From assembly GCA_973895155.1 (NCBI GenBank), contig OZ316894.1, positions 26,831,240-26,895,239 of the forward strand: a stretch of 64,000 nt of DNA, read 5' to 3'. Every line of letters begins with the position of its first letter. Within the stretch, counting starts at the first letter, position 1. Position numbers and translations under genes: made by a program. A model generated the notes under the pieces. The model was not told the origin of the DNA and did no database searches. It worked only from the letters and a program-made list of their open reading frames with translations. Shown piece by piece: positions 34,620 through 48,003 of this stretch. Source of the DNA: Marsupella aquatica (Eukaryota > Plantae > Marchantiophyta).

Positions 34620-37540
34620 TTACCCCATTCCACTTACTTCTCCACTAAAATAACGGTGATATTCTAAGTGGAATTTCCCTACACCCTCAAACTACCTCTT
34701 TTGCAGTGGTTTGGGAATTATGGCCACCCTACGACTACCACTACATCAGAAGTTCTTTGGAGGACTGCGTCATGTACCACATAAGTTTGAGTGAAAGTTT
34801 TAGTCACAAGAAATGAGGGCTTTGAAGCACATTATTTTGAGTGGTTTGGGGGGTGACAACCTTACAAAGAGAATATGTAGGCCATCTAGCTTTAGGCAAG
34901 TCTCGGAGGGCCATCATTAAAGGAGGAGGGTTGGGCCCGCCGCCATAACAATTCCTCCGTGTTAGCCCCCCCATGGTGAAGCCGTGGGACACCCCCATCA
35001 TGTGCGCCAACCAGTTATAGCAACGACAATGAGATTGTGACGCATAAATTGCCAAGGTGGAGAGATTTGAGGCACCCAAGTGATGCAAAATCATGAACTC
35101 CACACAAATCACTCCAAGACTCTACGGAATTACAAATATGGGGCTTATGTGATGCATCCACACAATTCACTCCTTTTAGCACTAGTTCATGGCAAGTGGT
35201 CACACTAAAGTGTGCTGCATCACTCAAATACAGGTGCAATTTGTAGTCGCCAAAAGGCAAGGGCCTGAAACTACCTTATGTCAAGTGGTTTGGGTTGGTA
35301 CTTACAAATGCAATTCATTGCAAGCGTTCATACCCAATTTACTTCTCAACTCAAATAACAGTGGTATCTTAAGTCGCATTTCCCCTAAACCCTAAAACCA
35401 CATCATTTGTAGTGGTTTGGGAACAACAATCACCCTCAAACTACCACTTCATGAGAAGTTGTTTTGAGAATGGATGATGTACCACCCCAACCTGAGTAAC
35501 AATGTTAGTCGCTAGAAATGTGGGCTTTGAAGAACAGAGTTTTTAGTGATTTGGGGAGTGACAAACTTACAAGGGATAATGAGAAGTGGATCCACCTCGC
35601 GGAAATTGTCATAGGGCCGCGATTAAAGGAGGAGGGTTGGGCCCGCTGCCATAACAATTCCTCCATGTTAGCCCCCCAATGGTGAGGCCATGTGACATCC
35701 CCATCACGTGTGCCAACTAGTTATAGCAACGACAATGAGGTTGTGACGCATAAAATGCAAAGTGGAGAGATTTGAGGTACACAAGTGATGGAACATCATG
35801 AACTCCACACAAATCACTCCAAGACTCTACGGAATTACAAATATGGAGCTTATGTGATGCGTCGACACAATTCACTCATTTTAGCACTAGTTCATGGCAA
35901 GTGGTGGCACCAATGTGTGTTGCATGACTCAAATATGGGTGCAATTTGAAGTTGCCAGAAGGCGAGGACCCGAAACTACCTTATGTCAAGTGGTTTGGGC
36001 TGGTACTTACAAATGCACTTCATTGCAAGTGTTCATACCCAATTTATTTCTCAACTCAAATAACGGTGGTATCTTGAGTCGCATTTCCCCTAAACACTAA
36101 AACCACCTCATTTGTAGTGGTTTGGGAACAACAATCACTCTCGGACTACCACTTCATGAGAAGTTGTTTTGAGGGATACATGATGTACCACCCCAACCTG
36201 AGTGACATTGTTAGTCGCTAGAAATGCGGGCTTTGAAGAACAGAGTTTTTAGTGATTTGGGAGTGACAAACTTACAATGGATAATGAGAAGTGGATCCAC
36301 CTTGCCGCAATTCTCGGAGGTCCAGGATTAAAGGAGGAGGGTTGGGCCCGCCGCCATAACAATTTCTCCATGTTAGCCCCCTCATGGTGAAGCCATGGGA
36401 CACCCCCATCACGTGTGCCAACTAGTTATAGCAACGACAATGAGGTTGTGACGCATAAATTGCCAAGGTGGAGAGATTTGAGGCACCCAAGTGATGCAAC
36501 ATCATGAACTCCACACAAATCACTCCAAGACTACGTAATTACAAATATGGGGCTTGTGTGATGCATCCACACAATTCACTCCTTTTAGCACTAGTTCATG
36601 GCAAGTGGTCAAACTAAAGTGTGCTGCATCACTCAAATACAGGTGCAATTTGTAGTCGCCAAAAGGCGAGGGCCTGAAAGGACCTTTTTCGGAGTCAATT
36701 GGCCGTGTACATATAAATATACTTCATTGCAAGTGTTCACCCCCAACTTCTCAACTCAAATAAAGGTGGTATCTTAAGTTGCATTTTCCCTAAACCCTAA
36801 AACCACATCATTTGTAATGGTTTTCCCCCCAATCACTCTAGGACTACCACTTCATGAGAAGTGGTTTAGAGGGATGCGTTATGTACCACCCCAGCTTGAG
36901 TGATATTGTTAGTCGCGCTAGAAATGAGGGCTTTGAAGAACATGGTTTTTAGTGATTTGGGGAGTAACAAACTTACAATGGATAATGAGAAGTGGATCCA
37001 CCTTGCGGCAATTCTCGGAGGGCCACGATTAAAGGAGGAGGGTTGGGCCCGCCGCCACCACAATTCCTCCGTGTTAGCCCCCCCATGGTGAAGCCATGGG
37101 ACACCCCCATCACGTGTGTCAACTAGTTATAGCAACAACAATGAAGTTGTGACGCATAAATTGCCAAGGTGGAGAGATTTGAGGCACCCAAGTGTTGCAA
37201 CATCATGAACTCCACACAAATCACTCCAAGACTCTACGGAATTACAAATATGGGGCTTATGTGATGCATCCACACAATTCACTCCTTTTAGCACTAGTTC
37301 ATGGCAAGTGATCACACCAATGTGTGCCTCATCACTCAAATATGGGTGCAATTTGTAGTGGCAAGAAGATGAAAGTCCAAAAGGACCTTATGTTAAGTGG
37401 TTTGGGCTCGTATTTACCAATGCACTTGATTGGAAGTTCAAACACATAACTTTCCTAAGTCAAAACATGGTGGTATTTCAAGTGACAGGTGCCCAAAACC
37501 CTCAAAGCACCTGTTGTGTAGTGGTTTGGGTACAATTTGT
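34620..37540. repeat. Tandem array, ~704-bp unit, ~4 copies, in the 5' region of CACTA B
   Basis: Anchor gatgc.tc.acacaattcactc..ttttagcactagttcatggcaagtg recurs at about 35151, 35856, 36560 and 37263. Confidence 0.92.
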
Positions 37541-38540
37541 AATAAAAATAATTGTTTGTCGCTATAATTCCGGAGGCATGCATATTGTGACTGAAAATGT
37601 GTGTTGATAATGACATCATGGGGAGAGGTTTTGGACATCACAAAATAATCTGTTTAATTTTCAGTCATTTATCAAAACTGTTTTGACACTCTAATGTTGG
37701 TGGCATTTGCAGTGGCAAAATGTATTTAAAGAATGACATTACTCATAGTGATTTCTAAGAATGGAAAATGATCTACTTTATTTCAAGTCATTTGCAAGGT
37801 CCTGCATTGACACTCTACTCTTAGTGGTATTTGGAGTCACTAAAATGTGCGAAGAGAATGACCTTCTTTAGAGTGATTTTGGACTAAGGAGGATGTGGCA
37901 CTTGGTTTGAAGTTGCATCAAATAATATTTATTGGACTCTAATATTAGTGGTATTTGTAGTCAGACAATTTGTGATAATAATGACTTTATATGTAAAGAA
38001 GTTTTGTACATTGACAATTAATTCACTCAATCTTAAGTTGTTTGTAAGAATTTCCTTGTCACTAAAATATTTTAAGTAATTTTGCCAAAATTCATTTGTG
38101 ACTCCACTGTTGGTGATATTTACAGTAACAAAAGGTGTGCTCACAAATGACATTATTTCAAGTAATTAAGATCACTTGGAAAAGCTTCACTTGATTGGAA
38201 GTTGATTGAAAAAACACCTTTACCATTCAAATATTGGTGGTATTTGTATTTGTAGTGGTTTTGGTTAGTAGTAAAATCTTAGTTGAAAATAGAGTTGTAA
38301 ACATCGACGGTAGAGTGGACGGTGGATTGTAGTGATTTGTAAATTTGTGTAATATACAACTCTAATTCAAGTGATCTAATTTTTAGTGGCAAAAAAAAGA
38401 GTTGTAATCAGTGATTAAGGTAACATAGTTCTAAGTAGAGTAATAAAATGCAGATTATTACAACCCATTAAAAAAATAGTGGTTGGCACCACGTATGAGT
38501 GATTTAGGCAAAGTAGTTGCAGGGCCTGTAGTAGTAAAAC

Positions 38541-38558
38541 ACAGGTTTTCTTCTAGTG
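38541..38558 (-). repeat. CACTA terminal inverted repeat (5' end of element B)
   Basis: Reverse complement reads CACTAGAAGAAAACCTGT; sequence switches abruptly to the LTR-like repeat at 38559. Confidence 0.85.
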
Positions 38559-39316
38559 AGGGCGACACTTGTGCTCCTGCCTCATTGTACATAGGTAGAT
38601 TACAGTTAGGTAGATTACAGTAGATAGATTAGGCTTACGCTGCAAGGAATCAGGTGGATCCACGACCAGGATAAGTACCTGGGCTGCGGGGAGTTCAGGG
38701 CCTCTTCTTTAGCAAGTTTTTAGTTGCACCAATAGGGTTGGGATCAAGTAGTAAGAGAAGCTCTCGGTTAGTTATACAGTGACCTTGTGTATATCCATGT
38801 TTCCTCATACCTAAGAACTGAATAGAGTTGGCCTCACGACTTAGTTTGTAGAGCTTGTGTATGAGATGTACTATTTGTATTGCAAGTGCAGGGTATAACT
38901 CAGTCAGAAGGAGTCATTTTGCTATTTGTGTGTCGCATTAACTTGTGTGAAGAGTGCCCACATCAACAAGAAGAAGGGAAGTAAGCAAGGGAGTGAGAGT
39001 TGGATGTGTCGAGCTGAGAGAGGTCTTAGCGGCTTAACCAAACCAATTGGGGATCATTCCGATGGCGGAATCCAAATATACCTAACCAACAGAAGGGAAA
39101 GACAAGAGAAGGCATAGATTGGGCCAACTGCGTATCTCATGACCCGATGAAGGATCTGTCCAGTATATGTGTGTAAAATGTTAATAGTAGTAGTAGGAGG
39201 TTAGCAGCGTCCCATGCCGCTAAGCCGCGAAAACGGCCTCGCCAAGCACAAAACCTGCGGGAATCGGCTTGGGCGGGGGGGTTTCTTGGGTTTGGGGAGC
39301 CATGGGATGCACCACA
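38559..39316. mobile_element. Second copy of the right end of the 15472-20131 LTR-like unit, cut by CACTA B
   Basis: Colinear with 19363-20131 and ends at the same GCACCACA terminus. Confidence 0.9.
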
Positions 39317-40859
39317 TTCGCACCTGCTCGGGTGCCTTGGGGCTTGATGCCCCCTTGGAGGCTTCTAAATGGTTTAGGTAAAAAAAGGGCCCAAAAAGAC
39401 AAAGGGCACGAAGAGGTAACAAGAGGGAGAGGGCATACAAATTAAAAAAACACACCTAACAGACCACAATTCCAAACAAGTAAATGGCATCAAAGGAATA
39501 TTAGAGGGAATATCACCAGGTCACACTAGGGAGGAAGGTAACAATAGGGGTAACAAAAGGAGGATCAACCAAGACAAAAAGAAAAGTAAACCAAGATGGA
39601 GGTTGGTGTGCACACCTTGAGCCACTAAACACCTAAAACATAAAATGTTTTTAAACCCCACTAAAGTAGATTTGGTTCCCTAAGTGAGCCACCCACTTAA
39701 CTTTGGGATGCATGTGTCTCACAAGCTAGGTTGGCGGCCTCTAAACATTTTTGGTTTGTAGTCTCATATTTACCTCCAAACTAGACACAAAATGTATGAA
39801 TAATGTAAGTCCACAAAATAGCCAATTGCACCACAATTTGAGTTGAAATTCCGTCACAAATTCCGTCAGAAATTGTCAACACAAACCAGAATTCCAGTGA
39901 ACATTAGAAGCTCATAACGTCCACCTCTCAAGCCATTTTTCACTCAAACTTCACCAATGCAACCGCATCGGCATACTCCATCCAAAATTGCAATAAAGCA
40001 TCCAGTTGTTATCCATCCAACAGAGGTTCTATCAAAATTTCAGCATAGCTTTTGCACGACCTTTGTTCATCACAAACAATCTGTAGCAAGCCTTCTCTAA
40101 CCAGCAACAAATAGAGCTTTTGCACGACCATTACAGTGAGCATAGCCACTGCCATAAGCTCTCAATGCAATCAGATTTAATCACTCCGCATCCAACCAAT
40201 TAGTTTCAAAAATCAGAGCTTGATCAGAGTATGCTCACAAGATTTTGACAACACTTCCAAACTCAGTCAATTATCACCAACCAACAACTCGCATCAACGA
40301 TCAGCAAACCATCCACCAACAATCGGCACCAACAAACAATGAACGAACGAACAAATCACCAAGCTCCACCAAGCACCTCCACTGGTTTGCACAGTTCAGA
40401 AACTGAGAGCATTCGCTCTTCTCTTATTCTTCCAAGTAATCTCTTTCAAAACTGAACTCCGCCGCAAGGTATCACTAAGTCGAGCCAAACTCACGTGCTA
40501 GCCATGCGGGACTCCAAGTCTATACACATAGCAAAACCCTGCTAATGTTGCTCTACATGCCAACCGGTATACACTCTCTCTCTCTCACCATAGCCACACT
40601 CACACGAGCTCTACTAGTGCCGGAAGGCTTAACTTGGAAGAATGAGGAGCTAATCCTCATTCTCCAAGGTATACCCCCATGGCACAAAGGGCATGGTAAC
40701 CTGGGTGAACAGGTCATCCCTACCAGGTGACCTGCTATACCAGGTCACCTTCCCAAACTCACAACACAACATGTGCAACCAACGAAGTTGCAACCCAAAT
40801 GCAACATGAAGTTACATATACATGGTATTCCAAGACTTTTTGTTTCTTAAGAACAGCTC

Positions 40860-41730
40860 GAGTAAAGCTGCAAGGGCTTATGCAAGAACAGATTGCGGTG
40901 TTTTGAAGAAAGGCTGCCCAATATCAGGTAATCAAGGGAGTGTTGCATCGCTTTGGAATGGACGGAAGAAGTCAAAGGTGTCTAGAAGAACATGAAGTAA
41001 GGAGGGTGTTGCGAGCTATGCACAGGGAGGAAGCAGGAGGTTATTTTGCACTGATCACTACAGCCAAAAAGATACTTGATGCTAGCTACTGGTGGCCAAC
41101 TTTGCATAAGGATGTACATCAATTCATTAAGGAATGTGATCCTTGTCAGAGAGCAGGAGGACCAAGAGCATCTACTCGGCATCCACTATATCCAATTTTA
41201 CCACTTGCACGTTTTGAAAAATGGGGTATTGACTACATTGGGCCGTTGAAACCTGTAACATCTCCCAGGAAAAATAAGTATATTATCTTAGCAACGGACT
41301 ATGCATTGAAATGGGTAGAGGCTAGGCTGACTACTAAAGATGACGCTATCACAACAACCCAATTTCTGTATGAGCATATATTTACTAGGTATGGGGCGCC
41401 TCTGAAATTAGTAAGCAATAGAGGGACCCATTTTCTTAATAATGTCATTGGCCAACTGAATGAGAGGTACTTAGTACGTCATTGACCAACTACTCCATAC
41501 CATCCGAAGGCTAATGGATTAACAGAACGAGCGAATGGCATTATCGGGACGATTCTTAACAAGACAGTTGCATTGCACAAGACAGATTGGGATGACAAGT
41601 TGTTTGCTGCGGTGTTTGCTAACAATTTAGCACACAAGACGACCATGGGTCACACACCTTCTTTTTGACATTTGGGCAAGAGGCATTGGTACCAATTGAA
41701 CTAGAAGTACCTACTTATTGGGTTACCATT
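40860..41730 (+). pseudogene. Ty3/gypsy integrase fragment
   Basis: H...YWWPTLHKDVHQFIKECDPCQR, FEKWGIDYIGP, FTRYGAP; YHPKANGLTERAN follows a premature TGA at about 41483. Confidence 0.88.
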
Positions 41731-44700
41731 GAGAACCTACTATGGGAGGAAGGAAGTACTCTTCTCAAATGGATCCGCACAGTTAGCCAACATCGCTGGT
41801 GAGATCTATCCTGTCCGAGTACATCATGATCGTTTAAAAAGATACTACATGAGTGAAGATGAAGTAGTTCTCCAGGACTCTTCACAATTAAGTGGGGAGC
41901 TACGTGATACCCTTATGGGGATTCTCAAGTTTGAATCTCAAGTTTGAATTGCAATGTTTGGATAATCACAAACACAAAGCTCTTTCACTATGCCGGCTGG
42001 ATGGTCTTAGGTGACTCAAATACCAACTCCTCAACCATGAAACTCTCAGCCTTTAACCCTCTACTCTAAACCGTGAAATTATCAATTCTCAACCCTCCAC
42101 CCTGGGTGACCCAAACCCTCACACCTTCACCCTCCATCACCTGAACCCAAACTGTCCACGCACAACCCTCAGTACCCAAACCATCAGGGCATTTCATGTG
42201 GACACTAACCCCAACATTTATACTTAGTAGGGCTTTCCTCATTAAATTTTTGAATGGGTTGCCATGGGGAATATGTCCTATCCGATCAATCTGGTCTTGA
42301 GATATAGCATACTCATCCTGGAACATGAAAAGTTATTTTGTCCTCTAGCAAAAAGTTTAAGTTTTTTAGTGAAATACAGGTGATCTATTTTTTTGTGGCA
42401 AATATAAATAGGACATTGATTAGGAAGCGTGACATTGAAAATTTGTGCACATACGGTACAAGAATAAAAGTACACATGTAAAGAAAAATAATAATGAACA
42501 GAAAAAATTTAAGTCTATGGTATTGGGTTCTTCACATACTATACACCAGTAAAGATACTCATGTACTTATCTTTAGGTAATGACACTCAAATGAATTAAA
42601 ACCATAAATTTAGGACACAAAACCATGAGTAGAACTTAAAGACATGAGGAGTGCACTTTAATTAGATCATTTCTTCTTCACTAAGGGCTAGAACTTCTGT
42701 GAGCTTTGTTAAAGGGTGGATGATCAAAAGTATATCAAAGATTAAAAAATTTAGAGGGGTGCCAGATTAAATTCAAAATCTAAAGTATACAAGGGATGCA
42801 CCTTGGCCAAGACACATTGAATTAAAATACACAAAAAAAGAAATTTGAATAAGACAAAATACTGGAAGATGGATTCACCATATAGCACTTGAGACAATTG
42901 AAGAGCGAAATATAGTTTGATTGTGGCCATTGAGAATCCTGAGGACATCACAATCTGGTCGTCAGACAATTGAAGAGTCGTGAAGCGTAGATGTATTCTC
43001 TCAAACCACCACAGAATCTTGGTCTAAGTTTTCTCTGAGTGATACAGATATTGTGGCTATTGAGAATCCTCAGGACATCATAGTGCAGTCAGATCTCTTC
43101 TTTTACCTCACCTCAATTGGATCAGCGGCACAACTGCTTTGAGGAAACTGTTGGCAATCAATCCCCAGTCGAATTGCAGTTCGAATTTGGAATGCGCAGT
43201 TCGGCCCACTTAGCTGGGCTCAGTTCGGCTCAGTTAGCTGGGCTCAATTCAGCTGAATTCCAAATGAAGACAAAGGTTTGTGCGAGAAAATTCGAGTGAC
43301 AGCTCAGGTTTAACACTGCCGCTTCTCAGTGCTCCTCCTCCTCCTCGTCACCAAGATCTCTACATGAATCGAAGGAGAACCGCGCTGGCTATCCCGAATC
43401 CCGGACTGTCGCAAGGTAACAATGCTTGTAGAATTCACAATCTTCTAAGAAATTACTCGTCGTAGCTCATTACGTAAGGTCGCTTTAGTTGCTTGTCGGG
43501 GACCTGGTACCGAGCTGTGTGTAGCTGCATGCTGACGAATCCAGTGATTCCTGTTTGATTCGCGTTACCACTTTTACACCGCCTCTCGCGATGTCCTTTG
43601 GGCAGAGAATTCCTAGGAAGGCCCTAGCTATACTCGATGTTCTTTTGCGTTTTAACCCTAAACTGGGGGTTAACAATACTTCTCAACTCTTAGTGGAGCG
43701 GGACAGAATCGCTTTTTCAGCCTCGTAAACTTTTCCGTCTCCCCATCCTGATTCAAGTCCTGCTCAATTCTGGGATGACGTTTCCTGCTGCCTCCAATTA
43801 TGTGCATGTGTCTTTTTTTCAGACATGTCACACTTCAAAGGATGTCTCCGTTTATGAGCTTCTTCAATTGCCCACCATAACCTAGATCAATTTTGTGCCC
43901 ACTTGCTTCAACTTCTTGTTCTGAAAGAATTGTAGAGACTGCCCAATTTGCTACTTACACGCTCTGCATATCAATATCACTTGTTCACAAGTTCTTCTTT
44001 GAAGAAATGTCGCCAATTTTTCGTTTGTATGCAGGACAATTTGGTTGGAAAGAATTCTTTCTTGGAGGGTGATAAACAAGAGTACTTGCGCCAAACGTTC
44101 TCAGAGGGCAATGTGCAGGTGTGGTGGTGGTTGCTTTGGGATTTGAAATTCTCATACTTTTTCCTCTCAATATCAATAGTTTTGATTCTCAAGTTTGAAT
44201 TGCAATGCTGGGATAATTCTTAGAAGAGTACAGCAATTCTTAATTTATTATTGTTAATGATGGACGTCATCCTGGAGAAGATACTGCTACTTTGATGCTT
44301 CTAGGGGTTCCTCCAACTGTTACGTTGAGCTGAGATTCCTCTGCCTGGGCAAGGTTTCCCCAACAGAGCCTTCACGTAGTGAATTTGTTTTCCTCAGTCC
44401 AAGGGGAAGGAAAGGTGAGAGTTGAGATTTGAGGGCTCTGCAAGATTGCACTACTTAGACTGTTTGAACGTTTGTCAAACAGATAAGATCATATTCCTCA
44501 CAACTGTACCATTAAGCTCTCTAGTCCCGGCACGGGAACGAATCTGACTCGATGGAAATTTTGGATATGGACCGCTTTAGACAACACGCCACAGCCAGGT
44601 ATGATTAATTTTGTATGCATGTCATTTGTTGGATTATGATGTGATCAAACGACCTCGAATGCATTCTCAGCAAAGACGTTTGGTTTGCAGAGTTCGTCCT

Positions 44701-45759
44701 TCATCTTCCGGTTCGATTGGTATGGGCATCAGCCATTGTTCTTGTACAAGGGCTTCAGGTAATGAGACTGAAGAGCGATTTCAACGTTACGTGTAGCTAC
44801 TTTTAAATAGAAACTTTTGTTTAGCACCACGGTGTGAGATTTCTGGTTGCGTGAATTTCCTGCCATGAGGCTTATGCGATGAAGACTTGACTTGAACTTC
44901 AAGTATGATTATTTTGTCATCTCCAAGGAAGCACAGGGAGAGAGTGTGAGGGGTGCTGTCACATTCATGTGACATGTGTCTCTCGACGGATTCTATAACA
45001 ACCAATTTAAAGAATGCTGGATAGGCTTTAACTCTGAATTGTAAAGAGAGGAAGGGGTAGCGCTTTCACATTCATGTCATCTGTGTCTAATCACAATGGA
45101 TTCCCTAGAGCCAGTCGAGAGATGCTGGCCAGGCTTTATTTGTGAATTATAGCCTCTTAAGAAAAAACTGAGATTCTGGTTTGTGTATAACATAGAAAGG
45201 ACAGTGTATGAAACGCTTGTAAAGGTGCCCTAAGAATCTATCGTATGCAAAACCCAAGGATAACATGTGACTGCTGGCTGAAGTTCTTTAGCGCCAATTC
45301 GATAGCCACTTGACTGTGTCCTTTCTATGGTTACAGTGAAATACGGGAGTATGAACGAGCTTGTGGATATTGAACTATCTGGATATGCCTTTCACAATTA
45401 ATTCAGAATTCTATTCTAAGATCATTGCATTCTTGACAGATAGCCGTTACTCTCAGTTGAAAAGGAGTGATACAACGTTTGCAAGTTATCTGTACCAAAG
45501 CTCACAGCATAGCAAGGGAGACGAGAAAAGACATGTTTGGACGGAGGTAGGAATGAACCCTAGAACTCCAGCAACTTACCGGTCTGCTATCTATTTCTGA
45601 ACATTCATTGTAGAAAGATCGTTGGGAAACATAGTCCTCAAGGATTCACTTCAAATTCATTGCACCTCGTGGAATCTCCTGGATTATCCTGGTACCAGAT
45701 CTGATCGTGGGTTGTGGTGCTGACAGAGGAAGCCCAAAGCACTTCATTTCAATCATAAG

Positions 45760-48003
45760 ATGACAAGGAAAGCACTTGGGGTGGATGAATGGTCAACTCC
45801 AGCATGGGTTAAGCCAAGGGCGAATTTGATTACTCACTGCGGATTTGAGTCTCATGTTAGATATGGCGCGAGAGATCGGTCTCAAGTCCCTGCAAAAGGG
45901 AATGGCAGTAGGCATATGCACGAAACAATTGCTGTTTTGAAAGATCGTCTACAGCGAAGCATTACTATAGACTCGTACACATATGTTAAAGTCCTGCAAA
46001 TGTGCTCGCAACGGAAAGACCTTGCAGCAGTCGAGCAAATTCATGATTGCATCATCGAGAGTGGAATTCATAAACATCCATATGTGGCAGTCACGCTCTT
46101 GAATGTGTATATCAAATGCGGAGGATTGTTAGATGCTCGTCGAGTTTTTGATCAACTTGAGACGAAGAGTGTTATTACTTGGAACGCGATGATAGCAGGA
46201 TTTGCTAATAGTAATCATGCTGAATCTGTATCGGACCTTTTTAATCAAATGCGCCAAGAAGGCGTCCAGCCTAATGAGATGACGTATCTGAGCATCCTGA
46301 AAGGATGTGCCAGCCCGTTAGCTCTAACACGCGGAAAAGAAATTCATGCGCGTATTCGACATGCTGGCTTTGAATCAGACGTGCGTGTAGGGACTGCTCT
46401 CCTACGGATGTACGCAAATTGTGGGTGCATCACCGAGGCAAGGATTGTTTTCGAAAAGTTGACAAATCGAGATGTCATGACATGGAATGTTATGATTGGA
46501 GCATATGCAGTAGGTGGTGATGGTGTGGAAGCATATCGACTGTTTCTCCAAATGAGACGTGAAGGCTTCGAACCAAATACATTCACTTATGTGAGCATCC
46601 TGAATGCATCTGCAAGTGAGGGGGCTTTGGAATGGGTGAAGGAAGTCCATGGCCATGCTAGCAAAGCGGGACTGGAGTCAGATTTGCGTGTGGGCAGTGC
46701 ACTGGTTCACATGTATGCAGAGAGTGGCGGTATAGATGATGCCCGGCTTGTCTTTGACAGAATGGGGAAACGCGATGTAGTCACATGGACTGTAATGATC
46801 GGTGGACTTGCACAGCATGGATGTGGGCATGAAGCCTATCGACTGTTTCTCGAAATGAGACGTGAAGGCTTCGAACCAAATGCATTCACTTATGTGAGCA
46901 TCCTGAATGCATCTGCAAGTGAGGGGGCTTTGGAATGGGTGAAGGAAGTTCATGGCCATGCTAGCAAAGCGGGACTGGAGTCAGATTTGCGTGTAGGCAG
47001 TGCACTGGTTCACATGTATGCAGAGAGTGGCAGTATAGCTGACGCCCGACTTGTTTTCAACAGAATGGAGAAACGTGATGTAGTCACTTGGAACATAATG
47101 ATCGGTGGACTTGCACAACACGGCTATGGGCATGAAGCCCTTGAACTTTTCAGAAAAATGAATGCAGACCATGTGAAGCCCATCGAGACGTCATTTATAG
47201 CTGTGTTGTCAGCCTGTTCTCATGGAGGCCTTGTCGATGATGGCCGTAGAATCTTTTCTGCCATGACGCAAGATTATGGTATCGAGCGTACTGCTGTTCA
47301 CTATGCCCTTATGGTGGATATTCTTGGGAGGGCGGGACACGTGGAGGAAGCAAAGCAGTTGATCAGTGAGATGCCGATCGAACCAAATGTTGTGACTTGG
47401 ACAGCCTTGCTTGGAGCTTGTAGAACTTACGGTAACGTGGAGCTGGGCGAAGTGGCCGCTAACGAGCTTTTCAAGTTGGAACCCGGTAGGGCCTCTACAT
47501 ATGTGCTGCTCTCCAATATCTATGCTGCAGCTGGGAAGTGGGAGAAGGTGTCATCTGTGCGCACTATGATGCAAGCGAGAGGGGTTCGCAAGGAGCCAGG
47601 GCGTAGCTGGATTGAAGTTGATAACAAGATCCATGAATTTGTTGTGGGGGATACATCTCACCCAGAAGCGAAAGCTATATATACTGAGCTGAATAAGTTG
47701 AGTGTAGAACTGAAGGCTGAAGGGTACATTCCGGATACCCGGCTTGTGTTGCATGATATGAATGAGGAGGATAAAGAGCTAGCTCTTTGCTCTCATAGTG
47801 AGAAGTTAGCGATTGTTTACGGACTTATGCACCTACCTCGGGGAGAAGCAATTCGTGTAAGTAAGAACCTTCGGGTGTGTTTAGATTGCCACTCAGCATC
47901 CAAGTATATCTCTAAGGTGACCGGACGCGAGATTATTGCGAGGGATGCAAATCGGTTCCACCATTTTAAAGATGGATTGTGTTCTTGCGGTGATTACTGG
48001 TGA
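45760..48003 (+). CDS. PLS-class PPR protein with E and DYW domains (putative organellar C-to-U editing factor), 14 PPR motifs
   Basis: L-S-P triplets, PG box KEPGRSWIEV, HSEKLA, NLRVCLDCH, C-terminal DYW. Confidence 0.96.
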   Translation: MTRKALGVDEWSTPAWVKPRANLITHCGFESHVRYGARDRSQVPAKGNGSRHMHETIAVLKDRLQRSITIDSYTYVKVLQMCSQRKDLAAVEQIHDCIIESGIHKHPYVAVTLLNVYIKCGGLLDARRVFDQLETKSVITWNAMIAGFANSNHAESVSDLFNQMRQEGVQPNEMTYLSILKGCASPLALTRGKEIHARIRHAGFESDVRVGTALLRMYANCGCITEARIVFEKLTNRDVMTWNVMIGAYAVGGDGVEAYRLFLQMRREGFEPNTFTYVSILNASASEGALEWVKEVHGHASKAGLESDLRVGSALVHMYAESGGIDDARLVFDRMGKRDVVTWTVMIGGLAQHGCGHEAYRLFLEMRREGFEPNAFTYVSILNASASEGALEWVKEVHGHASKAGLESDLRVGSALVHMYAESGSIADARLVFNRMEKRDVVTWNIMIGGLAQHGYGHEALELFRKMNADHVKPIETSFIAVLSACSHGGLVDDGRRIFSAMTQDYGIERTAVHYALMVDILGRAGHVEEAKQLISEMPIEPNVVTWTALLGACRTYGNVELGEVAANELFKLEPGRASTYVLLSNIYAAAGKWEKVSSVRTMMQARGVRKEPGRSWIEVDNKIHEFVVGDTSHPEAKAIYTELNKLSVELKAEGYIPDTRLVLHDMNEEDKELALCSHSEKLAIVYGLMHLPRGEAIRVSKNLRVCLDCHSASKYISKVTGREIIARDANRFHHFKDGLCSCGDYW

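Larger units (their letters stand above)
24829..38558 (-). mobile_element. CACTA transposon B (5' portion), interrupted by element A
   Basis: Terminus CACTAGAAGAAAACCTG ends at 38558; contains a degenerate transposase and homologs of A's accessory ORFs in the same order. Confidence 0.88.

Noticed and set aside
47590-48003. U-to-C (DYW:KP) editing domain
   Set aside because: Both paralogs have the canonical PG box, HSE and CxxC, and end in DYW/DFW, typical of C-to-U enzymes.
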